Shown one piece after another: positions 33,267 through 42,116 of a stretch of 58,166 bases of DNA. Both the position numbers and the translations under genes were made by a program. The DNA is from Rhizobacter sp. (GTDB taxonomy: Bacteria; Pseudomonadota; Gammaproteobacteria; Burkholderiales; Burkholderiaceae_C): contig JANXZN010000157.1 in assembly GCA_025355545.1 (NCBI GenBank), positions 1-58,166 of the forward strand. The letters run 5' to 3'. The notes under the pieces were generated by a model. That model had not been told where the DNA came from. It saw only the letters and a program-made list of their open reading frames with translations, and ran no database searches. Positions within the stretch are counted from its first letter, which is position 1, and every line of letters starts with the position of its first letter.

Positions 33267-34603
33267 GCGAGCGCTGCCGACACGGCCGCCTCGATCGCGA
33301 GTGAGGCATCGAGCACCGCATCGTCGCGCAGCGCGCCGCTCCAGACCATCAGCCCGACCGGCATCTCGCCCGGGCCGTGGCAGGGCAGCGAGAGGGCGCA
33401 GCCGTCGAGCAGGTTGACGACCGACGGGTTGCGCAGCAGCAGGGCGTTGGTCGCGAAGAAGGCCGCGTCGCTGGCAAGCAGTGGCGCGAGCGGCGGTGCG
33501 ATCAGCGGCACGGTCGGGCTGAGCATCGCGTCGAAGCCGGCCATCGCCGCGCCCATCTTGCCGATCCAGGCGCGGCGCGCGTGCAGCTGGTCGATGTAGT
33601 CGGCCGCGCTCATGCGTTCGCCGCGGCGGATGCGCTGCGCCACGCGCGGGTCGTACGCGGCTTCGTGTCCAGCGAGCCGATGGCGGTGCCATGCCCAGGC
33701 CTCGGCCGGCGAGAAGCCGCCGGTCGCGTTGATCGCTGCGACCTCGCCCAATTCGGCGAGCGCGATCTCCTCGACACGCGCACCGGCAGCACGCAGGGCC
33801 GCGATCGAGCGCTCGAAGGCGTCGCGAACCTCGGTGTCCAGTGCGTCGAGCATCAGCGTCGTCGGCACGGCGAATCGCAACGCCGTGAGCGGTTGCGCTG
33901 AAAGCGCCACCGTGCGGTCGGCGAGCACCTCGTGCAGCAGCACCGCATCGCGAACCGTGCGCGTGATGGCGCACGCGGTGTCGAGCGTGGTCGACAGCGG
34001 CACCGCGCCCTCGGTCGGCGTCAGCCGCGCGGTGTTCTTGAAGCCGACCAGCCCTTGCAGCGCCGCCGGGATGCGGATCGAGCCACCGGTGTCCGACCCG
34101 AGCGCCGCGCGCGCCGCGCCGGTCGCGACCGAGACCGCCCCGCCGGACGTCGACCCGCCGGGGATGCGCGGCTGCGGATCGAGCGCTGCGGTCGCTGGAT
34201 TCGCCGGCGTTCCGTGGTGAGGGTTGATGCCGACGCCCGAGAACGCGAACTCGGACATGTTGGTGCGGCCCATGAACGCCGCGCCGGCGCGGCGCAGCCG
34301 GGCCACGGCCGGGCAATCGACCGCGGCGGGAGGCTGCTGCGCGAGCACGGTCGAGCCGGCGGCGGTGACCTCGCCACGCACGTCGAACAGATCCTTCACG
34401 CTGACCGCCATCCCTGCCAGCGGCGGCAGCGGTGCGCCGGCCGCGCGCAGCGCGTCGATCGAGCGCGCGGCGGCCGCCGCCGTGTCGAACGAGACGCGCA
34501 CGAACGTGTGCCGGTTCGAGGGCGATTTCGCGGCCGCGACGGCATGCTCGAGCAGGGCGCGGGCAGGGGTTCGGGGGAGGTGGTAGGTCGGATCGGAAGG
34601 CAT
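33263..34603 (-). CDS. Amidase-signature family enzyme
   Basis: VSVKDLF, TNMSEFA, PGGSTSGG, GSDTGGSIRIPAA (Lys-cisSer-Ser triad); start approximate. Confidence 0.9.
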   Translation of the reverse strand: MPSDPTYHLPRTPARALLEHAVAAAKSPSNRHTFVRVSFDTAAAAARSIDALRAAGAPLPPLAGMAVSVKDLFDVRGEVTAAGSTVLAQQPPAAVDCPAVARLRRAGAAFMGRTNMSEFAFSGVGINPHHGTPANPATAALDPQPRIPGGSTSGGAVSVATGAARAALGSDTGGSIRIPAALQGLVGFKNTARLTPTEGAVPLSTTLDTACAITRTVRDAVLLHEVLADRTVALSAQPLTALRFAVPTTLMLDALDTEVRDAFERSIAALRAAGARVEEIALAELGEVAAINATGGFSPAEAWAWHRHRLAGHEAAYDPRVAQRIRRGERMSAADYIDQLHARRAWIGKMGAAMAGFDAMLSPTVPLIAPPLAPLLASDAAFFATNALLLRNPSVVNLLDGCALSLPCHGPGEMPVGLMVWSGALRDDAVLDASLAIEAAVSAALA

Positions 34604-34608
34604 CGTCG

Positions 34609-34772
34609 TGCTATAGTCGAGTGGTTTAGCTGATAGCGGAGCCACGCGCGGTGCGGGGATTGCGATTCAGTCAAACAAATCGCGAACCGGCTATTCGAAA
34701 GGTGTTGCGACGGGCTTGTATCAAGCGTGTCGCGATTCGAGCCGGATTCTAGAACCAACCTTTGGAGTCCTC
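34609..34772 (+). promoter_or_regulatory. rpsB extended -10 (TGCTATAGT) and structured 5' leader (t44-like position)
   Basis: TG-C-TATAGT at 34609-34617; long stem CCGGCT...GCTTG-TAT-CAAGC...AGCCGG at 34687-34745; GGAG SD. Confidence 0.6.
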
Positions 34773-35519
34773 ATGACTGTCACCATGCGTGAAATGCTGG
34801 AAGCCGGTGTCCACTTCGGCCACCAAACCCGCTTCTGGAACCCGAAGATGGCCCCGTACATCTACGGCCATCGCAACAAAATTCACATCATCAACCTCGA
34901 GAAGACGCAACCGCTCTTCAACGACGCGATGAAGTTCGTCCGCGGGATCGCCGCCAAGCGCGGCACGATCCTGATGATCGGCACCAAGCGTCAGGCGCGC
35001 GAGGTAATCGCGCTCGAGGCCAAGCGCGCCGGCATGCCCTACGTCGACCAGCGCTGGCTCGGCGGCATGATGACCAACTTCAAGACGGTCAAGGGTTCGC
35101 TGAAGAAGCTCAAGGACATGAAGGCGCAGGTCGAGGCCGGCACCGAGATCCGCATCAAGAAGGAAGCGCTGATGTTCCAGCGCGACATCACCAAGCTCGA
35201 GAAGGACATCGGCGGCATCCAGGACATGAATGCGCTGCCCGACGCGATGTTCGTGATCGACGTGGGTTACCACAAGATCGCGATCCTCGAGGCCAAGAAG
35301 CTGGGTATTCCCATCATCGGCATCGTCGACTCGAACCACTCGCCGGAAGGCATCGACTACGTGATCCCGGGCAACGACGACTCGAGCAAGGCCGTCGCGC
35401 TGTACGCACGTGCCGTGGCCGACGCGGTGCTCGAAGGCAAGGCCAATGCGACCAACGAAGTCGTGCAGGCCGCTGCTGCCGAGGGCGACGAATTCGTCGA
35501 GGTCAGCGAAGGCGCCTGA
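34773..35519 (+). CDS. rpsB: 30S ribosomal protein S2
   Basis: [36 protein letters not shown]. Confidence 0.98.
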   Translation: MTVTMREMLEAGVHFGHQTRFWNPKMAPYIYGHRNKIHIINLEKTQPLFNDAMKFVRGIAAKRGTILMIGTKRQAREVIALEAKRAGMPYVDQRWLGGMMTNFKTVKGSLKKLKDMKAQVEAGTEIRIKKEALMFQRDITKLEKDIGGIQDMNALPDAMFVIDVGYHKIAILEAKKLGIPIIGIVDSNHSPEGIDYVIPGNDDSSKAVALYARAVADAVLEGKANATNEVVQAAAAEGDEFVEVSEGA

Positions 35520-35561
35520 GGCCCCGAGCCCGACTTGCGAGTTGCGAGCGCCGGGCATCAA

Positions 35562-35589
35562 GAGAAAGGGGCCGATGGCCCCTTTTCTC
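35562..35589 (+). terminator. Terminator/attenuator-like hairpin between rpsB and tsf
   Basis: GAGAAAGGGGCC-GAT-GGCCCCTTTTCTC. Confidence 0.65.
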
Positions 35590-35614
35590 CAACTGAACAC
35601 ACTGGAGTTTGAAG

Positions 35615-36532
35615 ATGGCTGCAATCACTGCGAGCATGGTGGGCGAACTGCGCGCCAAGACCGACGCGCCGATGATGGAGTGCAAGAAGGCGCTGACCGA
35701 GGCCGAAGGCAACATGGAGCGCGCGGAGGAACTGCTGCGCGTCAAGCTCGGCAGCAAGGCCGGCAAGGCCGCGTCGCGCATCACCGCCGAGGGCGTGGTC
35801 ACGGCGGCAGTGGCCGGCAATGCCGGCGCGCTGGTCGAAGTGAACTGCGAAACCGACTTCACCTCGAAGAACGACATGTTCCTCGCCTTCGCGAAGGCCT
35901 GTGCCCGACTCGTCGCCGAGAAGAACCCGGCCGACGTGGTCGCGCTCGCGGCGCTGCCGTACACGCAGGACGGCTACGGCCCGACGCTCGACGACGTGCG
36001 CAAGGGCCTGATCGGCACGATCGGCGAAAACATGTCGATCCGCCGCTTCAAGCGCTACGAAGGCGCCAGGCTCGCGAGCTATCTGCACGGCACGCGCATC
36101 GGCGTGATGGTCGACTACGAAGGTGACGAAGTCGCCGCCAAGGACGTGGCGATGCACGTCGCGGCGATGAAGCCGGTCGCGCTGCAGGCCGGCGATGTGC
36201 CGGCCAAGCTGATCGAGACCGAGCGTTCGGTCGCGACGCAGAAGGCCGCCGAGGACGCCGAGAAGGCCAAGGCCGAAGGCAAGACGCCGCAATCGCCCGA
36301 GATCGTGGCCAAGCGCATCGACGGCTCGGTCGCGAAGTTCCTGAAGGAAGTGAGCCTGTTCAACCAGGCCTTCGTGAAGAACGACAAGCAGACGGTCGAG
36401 CAGATGCTGAAGGAGCGCGCGACCAAGGTGACGAGCTTTACCTTGTACGTGGTCGGCGAAGGCATCGAGAAGAAGGTCGACGATTTCGCCGCCGAGGTGG
36501 CGGCCCAGGTCGCTGCTGCAAGGAAGGACTGA
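35615..36532 (+). CDS. tsf: Elongation factor Ts
   Basis: [40 protein letters not shown]; GGAG SD. Confidence 0.98.
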   Translation: MAAITASMVGELRAKTDAPMMECKKALTEAEGNMERAEELLRVKLGSKAGKAASRITAEGVVTAAVAGNAGALVEVNCETDFTSKNDMFLAFAKACARLVAEKNPADVVALAALPYTQDGYGPTLDDVRKGLIGTIGENMSIRRFKRYEGARLASYLHGTRIGVMVDYEGDEVAAKDVAMHVAAMKPVALQAGDVPAKLIETERSVATQKAAEDAEKAKAEGKTPQSPEIVAKRIDGSVAKFLKEVSLFNQAFVKNDKQTVEQMLKERATKVTSFTLYVVGEGIEKKVDDFAAEVAAQVAAARKD

Positions 36533-36632
36533 GAGTCGACCCTTCGGGGCCGGCGAACCGCGCGGGTTCCGATTTAGACTCATACGCGCGCCACAAGCGC
36601 CCCCGAACGCACAGAACCTGGAGCCCGAACCC

Positions 36633-37343
36633 ATGGCCGCCTACAAGCGCATCCTGCTGAAACTCTCCGGCGAGGCCCTGATGGGCGACGATGCCTACGG
36701 CATCAACCGCGCCACCATCGTGCGCATGGTGCGCGAGGTGCAGGAGGTGACGCAGCTGGGCTGCGAAGTCGCGGTGGTGATCGGTGGCGGCAACATCTTT
36801 CGCGGCGTGGCCGGCGGCGCGGTCGGCATGGACCGCGCGACCGCCGACTACATGGGCATGCTCGCCACCGTGATGAATGCGCTGGCGCTGGCCGACACGA
36901 TGCGCCAGGAGGGCATGACGGCGCGCGTAATGTCGGCGATCGGCATCGAGCAGGTCGTCGAGCCCTATGTGCGGCCGAAGGCGCTGCAGTACCTCGAAGA
37001 AGGCAAGGTCGTGATCTTCGCCGCCGGCACCGGCAACCCGTTCTTCACGACCGATACCGCGGCCGCACTGCGCGGCGCCGAGATCGGCGCGCAGATCGTG
37101 TTGAAGGCGACCAAGGTCGACGGCGTCTACACCGCCGACCCGAAGAAGGACCCGACCGCGACGCGCTACTCCGAACTGACGTTCGACGAGGCGATCACGA
37201 AGAACCTGCAGGTGCTGGACGCGACCGCGTTCGCGCTGTGCCGCGACCAGAAGCTGCCGATCCGCGTGTTCAGCATCTTCAAGCCGGGCGCGTTGAAACG
37301 CGTGGTGCAGGGCGAAGACGAGGGCACGCTGGTGCGCGTCTGA
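36633..37343 (+). CDS. pyrH: UMP kinase
   Basis: [36 protein letters not shown]. Confidence 0.98.
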   Translation: MAAYKRILLKLSGEALMGDDAYGINRATIVRMVREVQEVTQLGCEVAVVIGGGNIFRGVAGGAVGMDRATADYMGMLATVMNALALADTMRQEGMTARVMSAIGIEQVVEPYVRPKALQYLEEGKVVIFAAGTGNPFFTTDTAAALRGAEIGAQIVLKATKVDGVYTADPKKDPTATRYSELTFDEAITKNLQVLDATAFALCRDQKLPIRVFSIFKPGALKRVVQGEDEGTLVRV

Positions 37344-37379
37344 ATCGTTTGAGCTTGTTTGTTTGAAGAGAGTGTTGTC

Positions 37380-37940
37380 ATGAGCATTGCCGACATCAAG
37401 AAGACTGCCGAGCAGAAGATGGCCCGGTCGATCGAGTCGTTCAAGGGCGAGCTGCACAAGATCCGCACCGGGCGTGCGCATCCGGGCATCCTCGATCAGG
37501 TTCACGTCGACTACTACGGCGCGATGGTGCCGATCAGCCAGGTCGCCAGCGTCAGCTTGCTGGATGCGCGCACGATCAGCGTCCAGCCCTGGGAGAAGGG
37601 CATGGGCGCGAAGATCGAGAAGGCGATCCGCGAGTCCGACCTCGGCCTGAACCCGGCGACGCAGGGCGACCTGCTGCGCGTGCCGATGCCGGCACTGACC
37701 GAGGAACGCCGCCGCGAGCTGACCAAGGTCGTGCGCAACGAAGGCGAGGACGCCCGCATCGCGGTGCGCAATCTGCGCCGCGACGCCAACGAGCATGCGA
37801 AGAAGATGCTGAAGGACAAGGAGATCAGCGAAGACGAGGAGCGCCGCTCGCTGGACGAACTGCAGAAGCTCACCGACCGCTCGATCGCCGAGATCGACCG
37901 GCTCGTCTCGGCCAAGGAAGCCGAGATCATGGCGGTCTGA
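37380..37940 (+). CDS. frr: Ribosome recycling factor
   Basis: [36 protein letters not shown]. Confidence 0.98.
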   Translation: MSIADIKKTAEQKMARSIESFKGELHKIRTGRAHPGILDQVHVDYYGAMVPISQVASVSLLDARTISVQPWEKGMGAKIEKAIRESDLGLNPATQGDLLRVPMPALTEERRRELTKVVRNEGEDARIAVRNLRRDANEHAKKMLKDKEISEDEERRSLDELQKLTDRSIAEIDRLVSAKEAEIMAV

Positions 37941-37941
37941 G

Positions 37942-38694
37942 TTGAGCGCTGTCCCCGCCTTCGACCCGCGCGCGGCCGTGCCGCGCCATGTAGCCATCGT
38001 GATGGACGGCAACGGCCGCTGGGCCAAGAAGCGCTTCATGCCGCGCTTCTTCGGCCACAAGGCGGGCGTCGATGCCCTGGTGCGCACGGTGTTGAGCTGC
38101 GCCGACCGCGGGGTCGAATACCTGACGGTGTTCGCGTTCTCGTCCGAGAACTGGAAGCGCCCGACCGAAGAGGTGTCGGGCCTGATGGGGCTGGTGCTGG
38201 TGGCGGTCGCGAAGTACCTCTCCAAGCTCGCCGACAAGGGCGTTCGCATCCGCATCGTCGGCGACCGCAGCCAGGTTTCCGACAAGCTGCGTCACGCCTG
38301 GGAACAGGCCGAATCGAGCACGCGGCACAACAGCCGCATCACCTTGTCGGTGGCGTTCAACTACGGCGGCCGCTGGGACATCGTGCAGGCCTGCCGGCAG
38401 GCGATCAGCGAGGGCGTGCCCGCCGCGGCGCTCGACGAGGCGGCGCTGAACAAGTACATGGCACTGAGCCATGCGCCCGACCCCGACCTGTTCATCCGCA
38501 CCGGTGGCGAGGTGCGCATCAGCAATTTCCTGCTGTGGCAGGCGGCGTACTCGGAGCTGTTCTTCAGCGACTGCCTCTGGCCGGAATTCGACGACGCCGA
38601 ACTCGACGCAGCGTTTGCCGCCTACGCCAAGCGCGATCGCCGTTTCGGTGCGGTCGACAGCGCGGCCAATGCCACGGCACTCGACCGGGTCTGA
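37942..38694 (+). CDS. uppS: Undecaprenyl diphosphate synthase
   Basis: PRHVAIVMDGNGRWA, FSSENWKRP, NYGGR, DLFIRTGGE.RISNFLLWQ. Confidence 0.97.
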   Translation: MSAVPAFDPRAAVPRHVAIVMDGNGRWAKKRFMPRFFGHKAGVDALVRTVLSCADRGVEYLTVFAFSSENWKRPTEEVSGLMGLVLVAVAKYLSKLADKGVRIRIVGDRSQVSDKLRHAWEQAESSTRHNSRITLSVAFNYGGRWDIVQACRQAISEGVPAAALDEAALNKYMALSHAPDPDLFIRTGGEVRISNFLLWQAAYSELFFSDCLWPEFDDAELDAAFAAYAKRDRRFGAVDSAANATALDRV

Positions 38695-38696
38695 CC

Positions 38697-39530
38697 ATGC
38701 TGAAGCAGCGGGTCATCACCGCGCTCGTATTGATCGCCTTCCTGCTGCCGGCGTTGTTTGCACCGATGACCTGGCCGTTCGCGCTGCTGTCGCTGCTGCT
38801 GATCGCCGCGGCCGGCTGGGAATGGGCCCGATTGAACAGCGCGGTCGGTGCATCGATCGCGATGGGTGTGGCGCTCGCCGCGGCGTGCGCGCTGGCGCTG
38901 TGGGCCGGTTGGGGCGACGCGCCGCCGCGCCTCGCGTGGTGGCTAGCGGTGCTGGTCTGGGTGCTGGGCGGTGCCTTCGTGCTGCGCGGCGGGCCTCGCG
39001 GCTGGTCGACTGTTCCGGTCGTCGTTCGCTGCGTGCTCGGTCTCCTGCTGCTCTGGACCGCGTGGCTGGCGCTCGCCGCAGCCAAGGTCGTCGGCGTCAA
39101 CTTCATCCTGTCGGTGTTCTGCCTGGTCTGGGCCGCCGACATCGCCGCCTACTTCGGCGGCAAGGCCTTCGGCAGGCGCAAGCTCGCGCCGGCGATCAGC
39201 CCGGGCAAGAGCTGGGAGGGCGTCTGGAGCGGCATGGCCGGCGCACTCGCGCTCGCCGCGTTCTGGCTCTGGCTCGACAGTTCGTTCCACACCGATTCGC
39301 CGAGCCTGTACTCGCGGCTGAACGGCCGCTTCGGGCTGGCCGGCGTCGTGCTGGGGGTCGTGTTCCTGGCCGCGATGAGCGTGGTCGGCGACCTGTTCGA
39401 GTCGCTGGTCAAGCGTGCCGCGGGCGCGAAGGACAGCAGCGCGCTGCTGCCCGGCCACGGTGGCGTGCTCGATCGCGTCGACGCCTTGCTGCCGGTGTTT
39501 CCGATTGCGATGGCGCTGATCAGCCTGTGA
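38697..39530 (+). CDS. cdsA: Phosphatidate cytidylyltransferase
   Basis: MLKQRVITA, ISPGKSWEG, GDLFESLVKR, KDSSALLPGHGGVLDRVD. Confidence 0.96.
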   Translation: MLKQRVITALVLIAFLLPALFAPMTWPFALLSLLLIAAAGWEWARLNSAVGASIAMGVALAAACALALWAGWGDAPPRLAWWLAVLVWVLGGAFVLRGGPRGWSTVPVVVRCVLGLLLLWTAWLALAAAKVVGVNFILSVFCLVWAADIAAYFGGKAFGRRKLAPAISPGKSWEGVWSGMAGALALAAFWLWLDSSFHTDSPSLYSRLNGRFGLAGVVLGVVFLAAMSVVGDLFESLVKRAAGAKDSSALLPGHGGVLDRVDALLPVFPIAMALISL

Positions 39531-39531
39531 G

Positions 39532-40749
39532 ATGAACACCTCGGCCAACCCATCGACAGGTGCTTCGCGCCAGCGCGTCTGCATCCTCGGTGCGACCGGC
39601 TCGGTCGGCACCAGCACGCTGGACGTGATCTCGCGTCACCCGGACCGTTTCGAGCTGTTCGCGCTGACCGCGCACAGCCGCGTCGAAGAACTGCTGCGCC
39701 AATGCGTCGCGTGGCGGCCGCGTTTCGCCGCGCTGCCGGACGCCGCGCAGGCCGGGGATCTGCTCGTCCGTCTGCGCGAGCAGGGCATCGCGACCGAAGT
39801 GCTCTGCGGGGCGCAGGCGTTGTGCGATCTGGCCGCGCACGAAGAGGTCGACACCGTGATGGCGGCGATCGTCGGCGCCGCCGGCCTGGCGCCGTGCCTC
39901 GCGGCGGCGCACGCCGGCAAGCGCCTGCTGCTCGCGAACAAGGAGGCACTCGTCGTCGGCGGAGCGCTGTTCATGGATGCGGTGCACGCGGGCGGCGCGA
40001 CGCTGTTGCCGATCGACAGCGAGCACTCGGCGATCTTCCAGTGCCTGCCCGAGGACCGCGCCCGCTGGGCGCACCGGATTGACCACATCCTGCTCACGTC
40101 GTCCGGTGGCCCGTTCCGCCAGCGCGACCCGGCGACGTTTGGCGAGATCACGCCCGACGAGGCCTGCGCGCACCCGAACTTCGCGATGGGCCGCAAGATC
40201 TCGGTCGACTCGGCAACGATGATGAACAAGGCGCTCGAGGTCATCGAGGCGCGCTGGCTGTTCGAGCTCGCACCGCAGCAGATCCGCATCGTCATTCACC
40301 CGCAGCAGATCGTGCACTCGATGGTCGTGTGCCGCGACAACTCGGTACTCGCGCAGCTCGGCACGCCCGACATGCGGGTGCCGATCGCCTACGGGCTGTC
40401 GTTCCCCGAGCGCATCGAGTCGGGCGCCGCGCAGCTCGATTTCACGAGTCTCGCGGCGCTCACCTTCGAGGCACCCGACTTCGAGCGCTGCCCCGGTCTC
40501 GCGCTCGCGTGGGAGACGCTGCGCGGCCCCGAAGGCAGCACCACGGTGCTGAACGCGGCGAACGAAGCGGCGGTCGCCGCGTTTCTCGCCGGAACCATCC
40601 GCTTCGATCAGATTCACAGCGTGATCGCGCATGCCCTCGAACGCATCGACGTTGGTTCGGCGGGGCATGATTCGCTCGAAGCCTTGCTCGAGATCGACAG
40701 TCGCGCACGCCGCCAGGCGGCGCAGTTCGTGAAGGGCCTCGCGCCATGA
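39532..40749 (+). CDS. dxr: 1-deoxy-D-xylulose 5-phosphate reductoisomerase
   Basis: LGATGSVG, LANKE, PIDSEHSAIFQ, MGRKISVDSATMMNK, NAANE. Confidence 0.97.
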   Translation: MNTSANPSTGASRQRVCILGATGSVGTSTLDVISRHPDRFELFALTAHSRVEELLRQCVAWRPRFAALPDAAQAGDLLVRLREQGIATEVLCGAQALCDLAAHEEVDTVMAAIVGAAGLAPCLAAAHAGKRLLLANKEALVVGGALFMDAVHAGGATLLPIDSEHSAIFQCLPEDRARWAHRIDHILLTSSGGPFRQRDPATFGEITPDEACAHPNFAMGRKISVDSATMMNKALEVIEARWLFELAPQQIRIVIHPQQIVHSMVVCRDNSVLAQLGTPDMRVPIAYGLSFPERIESGAAQLDFTSLAALTFEAPDFERCPGLALAWETLRGPEGSTTVLNAANEAAVAAFLAGTIRFDQIHSVIAHALERIDVGSAGHDSLEALLEIDSRARRQAAQFVKGLAP

Positions 40750-42116
40750 TCATCACCGTACTCGCTTTCATCCTCACGTTGGGCGTGCTGATCACGATCC
40801 ACGAATACGGCCACTACCGCGTCGCGGTCGCCTGTGGCGTCAAGGTGCTGCGGTTCTCGGTGGGCTTCGGGCGCGTGTTGTGGCGGCGCCAGGCCACACC
40901 CGACGGCACCGAGTTCGTCGTCTGTGCGCTGCCGCTGGGCGGCTACGTGAAGATGCTCGACGAACGCGAGGCCCCGGTCGCACCCGACCAGCTCGGCGGT
41001 GCGTTCAACCGCAAGCCGCTGCTGCAGCGCACCGCGATCGTCGCAGCCGGGCCGGTCGCGAACCTGTTGCTCGCAGTGCTGCTGTATGCCGCGGCGCACT
41101 GGATCGGCATCGACGAGGCGAAGGCCGTGATGGGCCCGCCGGTGGCCGCGAGCCTGGCCGATCGGGCCGGCCTGCGTAGCGGCGACTGGGCGCGCGAGTG
41201 GTCGAGCGACGGCGTCGAGTGGCGCGAGCTGCGCTCGATGACCGACCTGCGCTGGGAGGTGATGCAGGCGGCCATGCGCGGTGCGCCGCTGCAACTGATG
41301 CTGACCGATCGCGCCGGTCACGCGCGGCGCACCGTCGTGCTGGCGCTCGACACGCTGGGCAGCAGCGAGGTCGACGCCAAGCAGATGCAGCGCATCGGGC
41401 TGGGTGCGGCGTTCAGCGAGCCGGTGCTGGGCAATGTCGTCGCCGGCGGGCCGGCCGACAAGGCCGGCCTGCACGCCGGCGACCGGGTGCTGAGCATCGA
41501 CGGCATGGCGGTGGCCGACGGCTGGTCGCTGCGCGAGCTGATCGTCGCGAGCGGCCGCGACGGCCGGGCGCGGCCGATGCAGTGGCGCGTCGATCGTGCC
41601 GGCAAGACGATCGAGCTGACCGTGACGCCCAATGTCGTGCCGGACGGCGGCAGGACGATCGGCCGGGTCGAGCTCGTGCCGGGTCAGCCGCCCGAAATGG
41701 TGACGGTGCGCTACGGCATGTTCGACGGCCTGTCGCAGGCGGTTTCGCAGACCTGGCAGATGTCGACGCTGACCTTGAAGATGCTGGGCAAGATGGTGAT
41801 CGGCCAGGCCTCGCTGAAGAACCTCAGCGGGCCGCTGACGATCGCTGACTACGCGGGCCAGTCGGTGCGGCTCGGCCTGGCGTACTACCTGGGCTTTCTG
41901 GCGGTCGTCAGCGTCGGCCTCGGCGTGCTCAACCTGTTGCCGTTGCCGGTCCTCGATGGCGGGCACCTGATGTATTATCTTTTCGAGGGTGTGACGGGGC
42001 GGCCGGTCTCCGAGCTGTGGCTTGACCGGCTGCAGCGTGGCGGGGTGGCCATCATGCTCATGATGATGTCCCTGGCTCTCTACAACGATGTGGCCCGCCT
42101 CCTGGGCCTGCAATGA
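40746..42116 (+). CDS. rseP: RIP metalloprotease RseP
   Basis: HEYGH, FSVGFG, PLGGYVKM, AGPVAN, PDZ domains, NLLPLPVLDGG. Confidence 0.96.
   Translation: MIITVLAFILTLGVLITIHEYGHYRVAVACGVKVLRFSVGFGRVLWRRQATPDGTEFVVCALPLGGYVKMLDEREAPVAPDQLGGAFNRKPLLQRTAIVAAGPVANLLLAVLLYAAAHWIGIDEAKAVMGPPVAASLADRAGLRSGDWAREWSSDGVEWRELRSMTDLRWEVMQAAMRGAPLQLMLTDRAGHARRTVVLALDTLGSSEVDAKQMQRIGLGAAFSEPVLGNVVAGGPADKAGLHAGDRVLSIDGMAVADGWSLRELIVASGRDGRARPMQWRVDRAGKTIELTVTPNVVPDGGRTIGRVELVPGQPPEMVTVRYGMFDGLSQAVSQTWQMSTLTLKMLGKMVIGQASLKNLSGPLTIADYAGQSVRLGLAYYLGFLAVVSVGLGVLNLLPLPVLDGGHLMYYLFEGVTGRPVSELWLDRLQRGGVAIMLMMMSLALYNDVARLLGLQ

Noticed and set aside
31917-34316. 799-aa ORF suggesting an amidase-DadA fusion
   Set aside because: The amidase is in a different frame; the DadA-like protein starts at 33266 and the upstream part is shadow sequence
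35528-35563. GAGCGCCGGGCATCAAG after rpsB resembling the repeat head
   Set aside because: Only about 11 nt match, and it is explained as the 3' arm of a local GCCCG/CGGGC hairpin
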